This document shows, piece by piece, positions 29,156 to 38,902 of a stretch of DNA of 64,000 bases. Source of the DNA: an uncultured Chloroflexia bacterium (GTDB lineage: Bacteria; Chloroflexota; Limnocylindria; Limnocylindrales; CSP1-4); assembly GCA_963740825.1 (NCBI GenBank), contig CAVUFD010000002.1, positions 1,070,990 to 1,134,989 on the forward strand, given 5' to 3'. Made by a program: the position numbers and the translations under genes. The notes under the pieces were generated by a model. That model was given only the letters and a program-made list of their open reading frames with translations. It ran no database searches and was not told the origin of the DNA. Numbering within the stretch: the stretch's first letter is position 1; every line of letters begins with the position of its first letter.

Positions 29156-29593
29156 TCACGCCTCGAGCGCCGCCTCGGCCTCGTCCAGGTGCTCGTCCCG
29201 GTGGAAATGGCGCCGGATCCAGCGCGGGTGCATCTCCAGCACCGTCGCGACCAGGCCCTCGGCGTAGCCGTCGATGCGCGCGTCCAGCGCCTCGGCCGTC
29301 TCGATCGCGATCCGCGTCGCGTCGGGCGGCGGCACGGCGGCCCAGATCGGCAGCGACAAGTCGTTGACGACGAGATCGATGTCGACCTGCGTGTCCTGGC
29401 CCGCCTGCTCGATGCGGTCGAGCATCGCCAGGCACCGGCGGTCCCAGAACGCGAGATGCACGAACACCATCGACACGGTCCAGTGCTCGCCGACCGGCCG
29501 CCGGAACTGCTCGTCGCTCAGGCGCCCGGCGAGCGAGCGGACGCGGGCTGTGGCGGCGTGGTTGGCGTCGCGGATCCCGGGGTCGAGGGCCAT
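29156..29593 (-). CDS. DinB/MDMPI family protein
   Basis: WTVSMVFVHLAFWD and HRDEH motifs. Confidence 0.8.
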   Translation of the reverse strand: MALDPGIRDANHAATARVRSLAGRLSDEQFRRPVGEHWTVSMVFVHLAFWDRRCLAMLDRIEQAGQDTQVDIDLVVNDLSLPIWAAVPPPDATRIAIETAEALDARIDGYAEGLVATVLEMHPRWIRRHFHRDEHLDEAEAALEA

Positions 29594-29634
29594 GCCTGTC
29601 TCCTGACTATGAGCGTCTGCTATGATATTCAGCC

Positions 29635-29919
29635 ATGAGAACCGTCACGCCGCTCGATCTGCGCCGATCGCTGGGCTCGATCCTCGACGAGGCTTCCGCC
29701 GGGCAGCGTTTCCTGATCGAGCGTGATCATCGTCCGATCGCCGTGCTCGTGTCGGTCGAGGACGGGCATCGCCTCGACGGCGCAGATGAGCGGCGGCAGC
29801 GGTCGCTCAAGGCTCTGGACCGGCTCGTCGCGTTGGGCGTGGCACAGCGGGAGCGGCATCCCGGTGGGCCCACGTCGACCGAGGCGATCCGCGACGAGCG
29901 CGACCGCGACCATGGCTGA
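29635..29919 (+). CDS. Type II antitoxin, Phd/YefM family
   Basis: DLRRSLGSILDEASAGQRFLIERDHRPIAVLVS. Confidence 0.88.
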   Translation: MRTVTPLDLRRSLGSILDEASAGQRFLIERDHRPIAVLVSVEDGHRLDGADERRQRSLKALDRLVALGVAQRERHPGGPTSTEAIRDERDRDHG

Positions 29920-30424
29920 GCGGCTCGTCCTCGATGCCTCGGCGGCGCTTGCGATCCTGCGTGCCGAGCCCGAGGGCGGCGACATCGTGCGCGCACTCCA
30001 GGCTGAGGACGCAGGGACGATCGTCGTGCCGGATCACTTCTGGCTCGAGGTGACCAACGTCCTCATCAGGCGGTTCGGCTGGGATCCAGGCGCGGTGGTT
30101 GAGGCGCTCCACGCGCTCGACGATCTCGGCATCGAGACGGCGCCGATCGAACGTCCACTCGTCCTGCTTGCGATCGACCTGATGGCAGGCCACCGACTGT
30201 CGGCCTATGACGCCGCGTACCTCGCGCTGGCCGTGATCGACGACGCGCCGCTGGTCACATTGGACGCCGAGCTCGGACGGGCGTCGGGCGGCCGGGCGCG
30301 ATCCCGATCCCGTCGACGCATGAGCGAGGCTCGCGCCCGCTACGGATCTCCCGCCGCCGGCGCGCCATGGGCCGCGAATGGCCGCTACATCGCCGAACTC
30401 CGACGCAAGCTCGTATCCGCCTGA
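29912..30424 (+). CDS. vapC: Type II toxin, VapC/PIN family
   Basis: LVLDASA, LEVTNVL, LSAYDAAYLALA and LVTLD motifs; overlaps the antitoxin stop. Confidence 0.9.
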   Translation: MAERLVLDASAALAILRAEPEGGDIVRALQAEDAGTIVVPDHFWLEVTNVLIRRFGWDPGAVVEALHALDDLGIETAPIERPLVLLAIDLMAGHRLSAYDAAYLALAVIDDAPLVTLDAELGRASGGRARSRSRRRMSEARARYGSPAAGAPWAANGRYIAELRRKLVSA

Positions 30425-30440
30425 CGCCAGGTCGGCGCCG

Positions 30441-31274
30441 TCAGCGGTCCGGGCCGTCGAGGAAGGCGAGGATCGTCTGCGCGAACACCGGCGACGTCAG
30501 GACGTTGTAGTGCTGGACGCCGGGCAGGATCGCGAGGGCGTGACCGCCGCGGGGTCGGCCTTCGCCCATCCAGCCGCCGTCGCGCTGGCCGCCGTCGAGC
30601 AGCGCGAACGCCTCGACCGCGTGGCTGGGCGGGAACATGTCGGCGTCGGCGGCGACGAACATCGTCGGGACCTTGAGCCCGCGGACCTCGTCCCTGAAGT
30701 CGAAGTCCTCGGCCATCGCGGCGCCCATCTTGTCCAGCAGCCGCCCGAAGTCCTCGGGCCGCGGCGCCAGCCGCATGTACGACTCGTACATCGGCGTGCC
30801 GTTGAGGTTCTCCACCGCCGCCGAGCTCACCTGGCCCTGCTCGCCGAGCATGTCCGGGTAGATCGCGCTGCGCCTGACGTTGGTCGAGATGATGACCAGC
30901 TTCCGCACGAGCTCCGGGTGGTTTACCGCGGTCTGGAACGCGACGCCGCCGCCGAGCGAGTAGCCGACGAGGTCGGGCTTGTCGAGGCCGAGGTGCTCGA
31001 TCAGGGCCGCGATGTCGTCGCCCATGGTGACGACGCTGATCGGCCGGTCGACGTCGGCCGTGCGTCCGTGGCCCTGGAGGTCGGGGGCGACGACCCGGTG
31101 GCCGGCGGCGAGCTGGTCGATCACGGGCCCGAACATCTCGCTCGAACCCAGGCCGCCGTGGAGCAGGACCAGCGGCCTGCCGCTGCCGTAGATCTCGTAG
31201 TACAGGTTGATGCCGTTGACCTCGGCATAGGCACCCGCGCCCTTGGCCTCGGTGGCCCACTCGGTGGTCGTCAT
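30441..31274 (-). CDS. Alpha/beta hydrolase
   Basis: LLHGGLGS, DLQGHGRT and GYSLGG nucleophile elbow; start MTTTEW. Confidence 0.92.
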   Translation of the reverse strand: MTTTEWATEAKGAGAYAEVNGINLYYEIYGSGRPLVLLHGGLGSSEMFGPVIDQLAAGHRVVAPDLQGHGRTADVDRPISVVTMGDDIAALIEHLGLDKPDLVGYSLGGGVAFQTAVNHPELVRKLVIISTNVRRSAIYPDMLGEQGQVSSAAVENLNGTPMYESYMRLAPRPEDFGRLLDKMGAAMAEDFDFRDEVRGLKVPTMFVAADADMFPPSHAVEAFALLDGGQRDGGWMGEGRPRGGHALAILPGVQHYNVLTSPVFAQTILAFLDGPDR

Positions 31275-31363
31275 CGGAGTCCTCCGCTTCGCATCGGTCT
31301 CGAACCATGAGAGCACGGACGGCGATGCGGGCGCGACACCGATGCCGGGCGTCTCCGACGAGT

Positions 31364-31388
31364 GATCCGTTGCCGGACCCGCCGCGCA
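31364..31388 (+). promoter_or_regulatory. Putative SigK-type ECF promoter (GATCC-N16-CGCA)
   Basis: Same geometry as the element at 32811-32835; ends 9 nt before ATG 31398. Confidence 0.35.
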
Positions 31389-31397
31389 TCCCCGGCT

Positions 31398-32789
31398 ATG
31401 CGCCGACACGACCGCCAGATCGGTGCCGCCTGGCTCATCGTCATGGTCCTCGCGCTCGTCCCGGCTGGGTGCGGGTCGAATCCGGCGCAGACGGCCCCAC
31501 CCCCAAGCCCGCCGGCCACGGCCGCGAGCCTCCCCGCGCCATCGACATCGCCCCAAGCAGCCGCGTCGCCGCCCGCGGCCTCACCGCCCACCCCGCCGGC
31601 CGCCGCCCAGCCGGTCGACCCGGGGGCCCGGGCGGAGGTCACCCGCCTCCAGGCCGCCGTCGACGCCAATCCCGCCGACCCGGACACCCAGCGCGAGCTC
31701 GGGCAGGCCCTCCTCCAGCTGTTCCGCGAGACCCTCGATCCCGCCCTCTACGGGCCGGCCGAGCAGGCGCTCCGCGAGTCGGACCGCCTCCAGCCCGACG
31801 ACGGGCGCACCCTCACCTCGCTCGGGGCGCTCCAGCTCGGGCGCCACCAGTTCGCCGTCGCGCTCCAGACCGGCCGCCGCGCCGTGCGCTACTCGCCCGC
31901 GCTGACCGCCGCGCACGGCGTCGAGGTCGACGCGCTGGTCGAGCTCGGCCGGTACGACGAGGCCCAGAAGGCCGCCGCGCGGATGTTCGCGGTCGGCGAG
32001 GACCTCGGGTCGCTCGCCCGGATGTCCTACGTCCAGGAGCTCCATGGCAACCTCGAGGCGGCCCGTCGGCTGATGGCGACGGCCGCGGACGGGCCCGGCG
32101 CCGCGCCCGAGAACCGGGCGTTCGCGCTGGCCGTGCTCGGCAACCTGGAACGCTGGACGGGCGATCCCGCCGCGGCGCGCGCGACCTTCAACGAGGCCCT
32201 GCAGCTCGTGCCCGGCCATCCGCCCTCGCAGGCGGGCCTGGCGCGCCTCGCGATCGGCGACGGCGACCTGGCGGAGGCCGCCAGGCGCTTCCAGCAAGCG
32301 GCCGACGTCGTCCCGCTGCCCGAGTACGTCATCGCGCTGGGCGAGGTGGAGGCGGCCCGTGGCGACCCCGACGCGGCGAAACGCAGCTTCGACCTCGCCG
32401 CGGCGGAGATCCAGCTGTTCAAGGCCAACGGCGTGACCGTCGACCTCGACCTCGCGCTGTTCGAAGCCGACCACGGCGACCCGGCGCGGGCCCTCGAGTA
32501 CGCCCGGACCGCCTATGCCGCGACGCCGACGACGCGCGCCGCCGATGCCGTCGCCTGGGCGCTCCACCGCGCCGGCCGCGACCCAGACGCCCGCCGGTGG
32601 ACCGTCAGGGCCCTGCGCCTCGGCACCCACGACCCGTTGCTCCGGTTCCACGCGGGCGCCATCGAGGCCGCACTCGGCGACACGAAGGCCGCCCGAGCCG
32701 ACCTGAAGCTCGCGCTCGCGACCGATCCCGGCTTCTCCGCCACCGGTGCCGCCGAGGCCCGCGACCTGCTCGCGTCCCTCGGCGGGTGA
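31398..32789 (+). CDS. Tetratricopeptide repeat lipoprotein (DUF4331 partner)
   Basis: Lipobox PAGC, Pro-rich linker, TPR helices (DALVELGRYDEA, ADAVAWALHRAG). Confidence 0.85.
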   Translation: MRRHDRQIGAAWLIVMVLALVPAGCGSNPAQTAPPPSPPATAASLPAPSTSPQAAASPPAASPPTPPAAAQPVDPGARAEVTRLQAAVDANPADPDTQRELGQALLQLFRETLDPALYGPAEQALRESDRLQPDDGRTLTSLGALQLGRHQFAVALQTGRRAVRYSPALTAAHGVEVDALVELGRYDEAQKAAARMFAVGEDLGSLARMSYVQELHGNLEAARRLMATAADGPGAAPENRAFALAVLGNLERWTGDPAAARATFNEALQLVPGHPPSQAGLARLAIGDGDLAEAARRFQQAADVVPLPEYVIALGEVEAARGDPDAAKRSFDLAAAEIQLFKANGVTVDLDLALFEADHGDPARALEYARTAYAATPTTRAADAVAWALHRAGRDPDARRWTVRALRLGTHDPLLRFHAGAIEAALGDTKAARADLKLALATDPGFSATGAAEARDLLASLGG

Positions 32790-32810
32790 TCCGATCCCGC
32801 GGATGTCGCG

Positions 32811-32835
32811 CATCCACCCCCGAACCCTCGGCGTT
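32811..32835 (+). promoter_or_regulatory. Putative SigK-type ECF promoter (CATCC-N16-CGTT)
   Basis: Resembles the mycobacterial SigK consensus CCATCC-N15-CCGAA; lies upstream of DUF4331. Confidence 0.4.
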
Positions 32836-32913
32836 AGTCGCGACACGTCGAGCGGGGAGCCCACCCGAGGGCCCGCGGAGGAGCGGACCCCATTGATCAC
32901 AAGAGGAGATCCC

Positions 32914-34395
32914 GTGTCTACTCGTTCCCGCGTGGCGGCCCTCGCAGGTGCCCTCGCGATCGCCGCTTCGGCGACCGGTGGGGCCCTCGCGTCGAGCCAC
33001 CGCGAGGCTCCGCTCATCGCCGGAGACCCGGCGGCCGACAACACGGACCTGTACGCGTTCGTCAGCCCCGACGACCCGTCCAAGGTGACGATCATCGCCA
33101 ACTACATCCCGCTCGAGGAGCCGGCGGGCGGCCCGAACTTCAACCTGTTCGATCCCGCCGTCCGCTACGAGATCCACATCGACAACAACGGCGACGCCAA
33201 GGACGACGTGGCCTACCGGTTCAAGTTCCATACCAAGCAGGCGTCGGGCAAGAACGGCGTCAAGTCGTTCCTGTACAACGGCGGCCAGGTGGCCTCGCTG
33301 ACCGACCCCGACCTCCTGGTCCGCCAGACCTACTCGGTGACCCGGATCAAGGACGGCCACGAGCACGAGCTCGGCGACAACCTCAAGGCCGTCCCAGCCA
33401 ACATCGGCCCCCGGTCAACGCCCGACTACGCGTCCCTCGCGGACGCCGGCGTCCAGTCGATCGGCGCGCGCCGCGTCTACGCCGGCCCGCGCGACGATGC
33501 GTTCTTCGTGGACCTCGGCTCCATCTTCGACCTGGGCGGCCTGCGGCCGTTCAACACGTTCCACCTCCTGCCCCTCGATACGGCCGACGGCGTCGACGGC
33601 GTGGCCGGCTTCAACACCAACACGATCGCCATCCAGGTGCCGGTCAGCGAGCTGCGCCGCAACGCCGCTCATCCGACCATCGGCCTCTGGGCCTCCGCCA
33701 GCCGCAGGGCCGAGCGGACGATCAACTCCAAGGGCAAGGTCCATTGGAGCGGCAAGTGGGTCCAGGTGTCCCGGCTCGGGAACCCCCTCATCAACGAGGT
33801 GATCATCCCCCGCCATCTCAAGGACTACTGGAACGGCCAGAAGCCCAGGAACGACAAGCAGTTCGAGAAGTACTACCTGAAGCCTGAGCTCGCCGGGCTC
33901 GTGAACGCGCTCTACCCGGCGCTTCCCGACGCGGCCACCTCCGGCCGGGCCGACCTGTCGCTCATCCTGCTGCAGGGCGTCCCCACCGTGAACAACACGG
34001 GCCCGGTGAAGGCCGACATGCTGCGGCTCAACACCTCGATCGCTCCCTGCACCGCCGACGCAGCCGACGACAACGACGGCATGTGCCGCAACCTGGGCGT
34101 GTTCCCGACCGACCCCGCCGCCGAGGCGGACGACTACGCGGCCGACCTCGCGGCCTTCCCGAACGGGCGGCGCCTCGAGGACGACGTGACCGACATCGAG
34201 ATCCGGGCCGTCGCCCAGGGCTACGGGCCGATCCTCAACAGCCTGTTCGGTCTGCCGAACCTGGCCCCCAACAACATCGTCGGCGACGGACTCAGCACGA
34301 ACGCTGACATGCCGTTCGTGACGAGCTTCCCGTACATCGGCCTGCCGCACGCCGGGTACGAGCACGTTCACCACGGGGCGATGCTGGCGAGCTGA
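32914..34395 (+). CDS. DUF4331 domain-containing secreted protein
   Basis: ASSHREAP, DNTDLYAF, QVSRLGNPLINE and FPNGRRLEDDV motifs; AGAGGAG RBS. Confidence 0.92.
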   Translation: MSTRSRVAALAGALAIAASATGGALASSHREAPLIAGDPAADNTDLYAFVSPDDPSKVTIIANYIPLEEPAGGPNFNLFDPAVRYEIHIDNNGDAKDDVAYRFKFHTKQASGKNGVKSFLYNGGQVASLTDPDLLVRQTYSVTRIKDGHEHELGDNLKAVPANIGPRSTPDYASLADAGVQSIGARRVYAGPRDDAFFVDLGSIFDLGGLRPFNTFHLLPLDTADGVDGVAGFNTNTIAIQVPVSELRRNAAHPTIGLWASASRRAERTINSKGKVHWSGKWVQVSRLGNPLINEVIIPRHLKDYWNGQKPRNDKQFEKYYLKPELAGLVNALYPALPDAATSGRADLSLILLQGVPTVNNTGPVKADMLRLNTSIAPCTADAADDNDGMCRNLGVFPTDPAAEADDYAADLAAFPNGRRLEDDVTDIEIRAVAQGYGPILNSLFGLPNLAPNNIVGDGLSTNADMPFVTSFPYIGLPHAGYEHVHHGAMLAS

Positions 34396-34410
34396 CCCCG
34401 TCCCTCCCGC

Positions 34411-35136
34411 TCATACCGGCCCGGTCGCCTTCGGCGACCGGGCCTCTTTCCATGGTTTCGCCAATGGCGCCGCGCGCCGCCGCTCGAGGCCGTCGAGGAT
34501 GAGGTCGAGGCCGAACGCGAACTCGACGTCGTCGTCGCACGCCCCGAGGACGCCCTCGTGGCTGACCGACGTCGCGAGCTCGGTGATGCGCGGGAACTGG
34601 GCGGCCATCGCGCCGGCCATGATCGGATCCGCCGCCCCGGACGGCTCATCGCTCGAGTCCTCGAGCAGGTCCTGGCTGAAGCCGAAGATCCGGCTGCCGA
34701 GCACGTGCATCGAGTGGTGGGCGAGGTCGAGCGAGAAGCCCCCGTCGTGGAGGATGGCGAGGATCCGCTCGATATAGGCGAGGATCGTTGGCCCGGTGGT
34801 GCCGCGCTCCTCGAGCACCTGCCGCGCCCACGGGTGGCGGAGCATGACACGACGGGCCTCCATCACCTGCCGGCGCAGCGCCACCTTCCAGGCCTTGGCC
34901 GGCCTGGGCCGCTCGATCTGGCCGACGATCACCTCGAGCACGCCGTCGAGCAGGTCGTCCTTGTCGCGTACGTGTCGGTACAGCGCCATCGCCTCGACGC
35001 CCAGCTCCTGGCCGAGCCTGCGCATGCTCAGTCCCTCGAGGCCGTCGCGATCGGCGAGCTCGACGGCGGCAAGCAGCACACGCTCGCGCGTCAGGGGGAT
35101 GCGCTGATCGGGCTTGGGGACCGCCTCGGTTGCCAC
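34411..35136 (-). CDS. TetR/AcrR family regulator (TetR_C type)
   Basis: LSMRRLGQELGVEAMALYRHV HTH; EFAFGLDLILDGL. Confidence 0.93.
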   Translation of the reverse strand: MATEAVPKPDQRIPLTRERVLLAAVELADRDGLEGLSMRRLGQELGVEAMALYRHVRDKDDLLDGVLEVIVGQIERPRPAKAWKVALRRQVMEARRVMLRHPWARQVLEERGTTGPTILAYIERILAILHDGGFSLDLAHHSMHVLGSRIFGFSQDLLEDSSDEPSGAADPIMAGAMAAQFPRITELATSVSHEGVLGACDDDVEFAFGLDLILDGLERRRAAPLAKPWKEARSPKATGPV

Positions 35137-35189
35137 TTGACGAGTTTACGCTGTAGCGGCTATGTTTACAGCGTAGTTTACGGCGTAAG
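35137..35189 (+). promoter_or_regulatory. Sigma70-like promoter overlapped by three TetR-type operator units
   Basis: TTGACG (35137)-N18-TATGTT (35161); GTTTAC-N3-GTA at 35144, 35164 and 35176. Confidence 0.6.
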
Positions 35190-35214
35190 CAACGGGACGA
35201 AGGTGGTGACCGAC

Positions 35215-35685
35215 ATGACCGCGACGACCAAGCCGATGCCCCAGGTGCCCCGCTGGCTCGTTCGGACGATCTGGATCGGGCATCGCGCCGCCTACCGGAT
35301 CACGGGGGGCCGGTTCGGGCTGCGGACGGCGAACCCCACCCGCTGGGGCATGCTCCGGATGCACACGATCGGGCGGCGGTCGGGCCAGGAGCGCGTCGCG
35401 ATCCTCGGCTACATCGAGGACGGCCCGAACATCGTCACGCCGGCGATGAACGGTTGGGCCGACCCGGAGCCCGCGTGGTGGCTCAACCTGCAGGCCGATC
35501 CCGACGCGACCATCGAGCTGCCCGGCGGCACGCGCCGGGTCACGGCCCGGGCCGCGGTCGGCGAGGAGCGGGAGCGGCTGTGGCGGGCATTCGTCGACCT
35601 CGGCTCGACCGCGTTCACCGACGCCAACGCGACCCTCCGGTCGCGCGAGACGGCGATCGTGGTGCTGGAGCCGCGGGTCGCCTAG
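35215..35685 (+). CDS. Deazaflavin (F420)-dependent nitroreductase family protein
   Basis: TIGRRSGQER and PAWWLNLQADP motifs. Confidence 0.88.
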   Translation: MTATTKPMPQVPRWLVRTIWIGHRAAYRITGGRFGLRTANPTRWGMLRMHTIGRRSGQERVAILGYIEDGPNIVTPAMNGWADPEPAWWLNLQADPDATIELPGGTRRVTARAAVGEERERLWRAFVDLGSTAFTDANATLRSRETAIVVLEPRVA

Positions 35686-35723
35686 CGCGGCAGACCGGCG
35701 CATCGGTGGGGGATACTTCCCGC

Positions 35724-36779
35724 ATGACGGCGACATCGCGGGATCCCGCCGGGCGATGGCGGCTTCCCGCCACGGTCCTGCCCGAAGGCGACGCAATCGA
35801 CCTCTGGATCGCGGACGGCCGGCTCAGCACCGCGCCGGTCGACGGTGCCGAGCTGCTGCCCGGTCGCTTCGTGCTCCCAGGGCTCGTCGATGCGCACGCC
35901 CATCTCGCGCTCGCGCCCGGGCCGGGCGACGATGTGACCCTCGACAGGGTCGTGGCCTCCTTGCGCCTGAACCGGGATGCCGGCGTGCTGCTCGTCCGCG
36001 ATGTCGGCGCGCCGCAGAGCATCACCCTCATGCTCGGGGTCGACCCGACGCTGCCTCGTTTCCAGGTCGCGGGCCGTTGGCTGGCGCGCAAGGACCGGTT
36101 CTTTCCTCAGTGGCATGACCCGGTCGAGCCTGACGAGCTGATCCAGGCGGCCGCCGCCGAGATCCGGGCCGGCGCGCGCTGGGTCAAGGTGCTCGCAGAC
36201 TGGCGGTCGCCGGGCCTGACCTACGAAGCCGAGCTCCTCACCCGACTCGCGACCGCGGTCCATGCCGCGCGTGCGCGGCTCGCGGTCCATTGCCAGTGGG
36301 ACCAGGTCGACGAGGTCGTCGCCGCGGGGGCGGACTCGATCGAACACGGCTGCAGCATCGACGGAGCCACGATCGCCCTGATGGCGGAGCGCGGGACCGC
36401 CTGGACGCCGACCCTCAGCGCATTCGCCAGGCCGCTCCCGGACGATGCACCGGCCGCCGCTGTCGAGAAGCAGGCGACACGGCTCGAGCGTTATCGCGCG
36501 ATGCTTCCAGCCGCGGCCGCGGCCGGCGTCACCATCCTGACCGGCACGGACACCGCCGGATCGGTGGTCGACGAGGTCGGACTGCTGATCGAGTACGGGC
36601 TCACCCCCGTGCAGGCGCTCCGGGCGGCCACCGTCGATGCGCGGCGCTTCCTGGACGAGCAATCGATCGAGAACGGGGCACCTGCCGACGTCGTCACGTT
36701 CGAGGAGGACCCGCGCCAGGACCCGACGGCGCTGGCGCGGCCCGTCGCCATCGTGCTCGGTGGCGTGCGCGTGGCGTAG
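35724..36779 (+). CDS. Amidohydrolase family protein
   Basis: PGLVDAHAH, AVHC, DSIEHG and LTGTD motifs. Confidence 0.9.
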   Translation: MTATSRDPAGRWRLPATVLPEGDAIDLWIADGRLSTAPVDGAELLPGRFVLPGLVDAHAHLALAPGPGDDVTLDRVVASLRLNRDAGVLLVRDVGAPQSITLMLGVDPTLPRFQVAGRWLARKDRFFPQWHDPVEPDELIQAAAAEIRAGARWVKVLADWRSPGLTYEAELLTRLATAVHAARARLAVHCQWDQVDEVVAAGADSIEHGCSIDGATIALMAERGTAWTPTLSAFARPLPDDAPAAAVEKQATRLERYRAMLPAAAAAGVTILTGTDTAGSVVDEVGLLIEYGLTPVQALRAATVDARRFLDEQSIENGAPADVVTFEEDPRQDPTALARPVAIVLGGVRVA

Positions 36780-36794
36780 GGCGCGGCCTGCCGG

Positions 36795-37805
36795 TCAGCC
36801 GCCGTACGCGCGGCGGAAGGTCCAGGTGGGATCGGGTGCCACCGTGGCCTTGGGGTTGAGGTCGCCGTGCTGGTCGGCCCACTGGGTGGCGATCTCGAGG
36901 GCGAGCGGTCCGTCCTCGCAGGCGAAGTGGATGGTCCGGCGACGACGATCCGTGATGTAGGCGCAGTCGACGGCGATGCCGGCCAGGCTCTCGGCCAGCG
37001 CCTCCGCCGCAGCGGCGTTGGCCCGGCCCTGGCGGCCGTCCGGGTCGTCCAGCCCGCTGTCGAACGACACCTCCAGGTGGTTGGCGTCGAAGGGGTGGTC
37101 GATCCGCTTGATCGAGGCGTTGTAGCGGACGATGACCGGGTCGCCCTGGTCGTCGGCACCCTCGGCAACGGCCCACTGGTCACCGGTCGCCGCCTCGGCC
37201 TGCCGGCGCACCTCGTTGGCGAGCGCCTCGGGCGTCTCCCCGGTCCGTGCGGTCTCGTCGATCTCGATGGCCCCGATCCATCGTTCGACGTCGTCCTCGC
37301 CCAGCACGTTGTCCAGGAACAGGAACGCGACCTGGCCCCGGATCTTCTCGGGCATGCGTTCGAACGCCGGGTGCCACAGCTGGACGGACAGCAGCTCGCG
37401 GCTCGCGTCCCACGTCGATCTCGTCCGCATCTGGGACAGCTCGACGGTCGCGCCACCGACCACGATCGTTCGTGGCTCGCCGGGCTGGCGTGACGCGCGA
37501 TATTCCCAGACGGCATCGGCCTCCGGTGCCGACTGGAGCCAGGCGAGCGCGATCGGCCTGACCTCCGCGCTGCCCTCGGGCGTGACGATCAGCATGTGCT
37601 GCGACGTCTTGCCCGGCGAGAGCTCCCACGCGAGGCGTTTGTCGATGGCGGCGACGGCGCTCGAGATCTCGTTCGTCCTGCGGGCGACCTGGCGCGCCGG
37701 GATGTCCCTGGCGATGGCGTCCTTGGCGCCGGCCCACCAGGCCCAGAAGCGCTCGAGCCTGGGCTCGAGTCCCTCCTCGCTTGCTCCGCGTCGCAGGAAT
37801 CGCAT
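36795..37805 (-). CDS. DUF695 domain-containing protein
   Basis: FWAWW and FLFLDNVLGEDDVERWIG motifs. Confidence 0.75.
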   Translation of the reverse strand: MRFLRRGASEEGLEPRLERFWAWWAGAKDAIARDIPARQVARRTNEISSAVAAIDKRLAWELSPGKTSQHMLIVTPEGSAEVRPIALAWLQSAPEADAVWEYRASRQPGEPRTIVVGGATVELSQMRTRSTWDASRELLSVQLWHPAFERMPEKIRGQVAFLFLDNVLGEDDVERWIGAIEIDETARTGETPEALANEVRRQAEAATGDQWAVAEGADDQGDPVIVRYNASIKRIDHPFDANHLEVSFDSGLDDPDGRQGRANAAAAEALAESLAGIAVDCAYITDRRRRTIHFACEDGPLALEIATQWADQHGDLNPKATVAPDPTWTFRRAYGG

Positions 37806-37852
37806 GGCGGCGGCCTCCCGTGTTCTGGAGGCACGATACCCACCCTAGGGCG

Positions 37853-38734
37853 TCAGAGGTCGGCAACGGCGGGGATGACCTCGCGGCCCATCACCTCGAT
37901 CGGCTCGATGCGGTCCACCCCGACGACCCAGCCGATCACGGTCTCGATGCCCATGCCCGACAGCCACTTGAGCTGGTCCACCACCTGGCCCGCCTTCGAC
38001 CCGTCCTCGCCGACGTCGAAGCCGAACGGCGCCGTCTTCTCGATCGCGTCGTAGTCGCGGCCCGCCTCGTCGCACAGCCGGCGCAGGAGATCGAGCTGCC
38101 GCGGGACCTCCGGGGACGGCGGGATGTTGCATGCGTCCGCGTACCGGGCGACTAGCGGGAGGGTCCGCTTCTCGCCGCCGCCGGCGATGAGGATCGGCGG
38201 GTGCGGCCGGCTGAGGCTCTGGGGCACGTTCAGCGCTCGACCGAGCCTGGCGTGCCGGCCCTGGAACGGCTGCTCGTCGCCGCGTTCGCCTGCCCACATC
38301 TGCAGGCAGACCTGGACGGTCTCCTCGAGGATCTCGAACCGCTCGCGCAGGGACGGGTAGGGGAGCCCGAGCCCCACGGCCTCCGCCTGGTAGTCGCCCG
38401 CCCCGATGCCCAGCATCATCCGGCCGCCGGACAGCACGTCCAGGGTCGTCACCATCTTGGCCAGCAGGCCGGGTGGCCGGTACGACGCCGCCGTGGCAAG
38501 CGCGAGCAGGCGGGCTCGCTCGGTGTGCGCAGCGATGAACCCGAGCGTCGTGTAGGCCTCGACCTCGCTCTCCAGGTCCCCGCCCAGGTAGTGGCTCTGC
38601 CAGAGGTGGTCGGCGACGTCGATCGTGTCGAAGCCGGCCGCCTCAGCGGCTTGGACGACGTCCTTGAGCGTGTTCCGGAGCGCGGGCGCGCCACCGCGCC
38701 ACGATGTCTCCGCGATGTGCAGTCCGAGCTTCAT
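37853..38734 (-). CDS. LLM class F420-dependent oxidoreductase
   Basis: VADHLWQ, TLDVLSGGR and ILIAGGGEKRTL motifs. Confidence 0.92.
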   Translation of the reverse strand: MKLGLHIAETSWRGGAPALRNTLKDVVQAAEAAGFDTIDVADHLWQSHYLGGDLESEVEAYTTLGFIAAHTERARLLALATAASYRPPGLLAKMVTTLDVLSGGRMMLGIGAGDYQAEAVGLGLPYPSLRERFEILEETVQVCLQMWAGERGDEQPFQGRHARLGRALNVPQSLSRPHPPILIAGGGEKRTLPLVARYADACNIPPSPEVPRQLDLLRRLCDEAGRDYDAIEKTAPFGFDVGEDGSKAGQVVDQLKWLSGMGIETVIGWVVGVDRIEPIEVMGREVIPAVADL

Positions 38735-38902
38735 GTGATCTCCCGATGCATCCGGACAGCGTCCGCCTTGGCGGGCTGCGACCGGGCCGGCCGCGTTCGC
38801 GGACCGGTTGCAATCGCCTGTAGCCCGAGGTTAGGAGCGGTCCATGCAGACCCGACGCGGATTCGATGCAGGAGATGTGCGCGTATTCGAGCTCTTCGGG
38901 CG

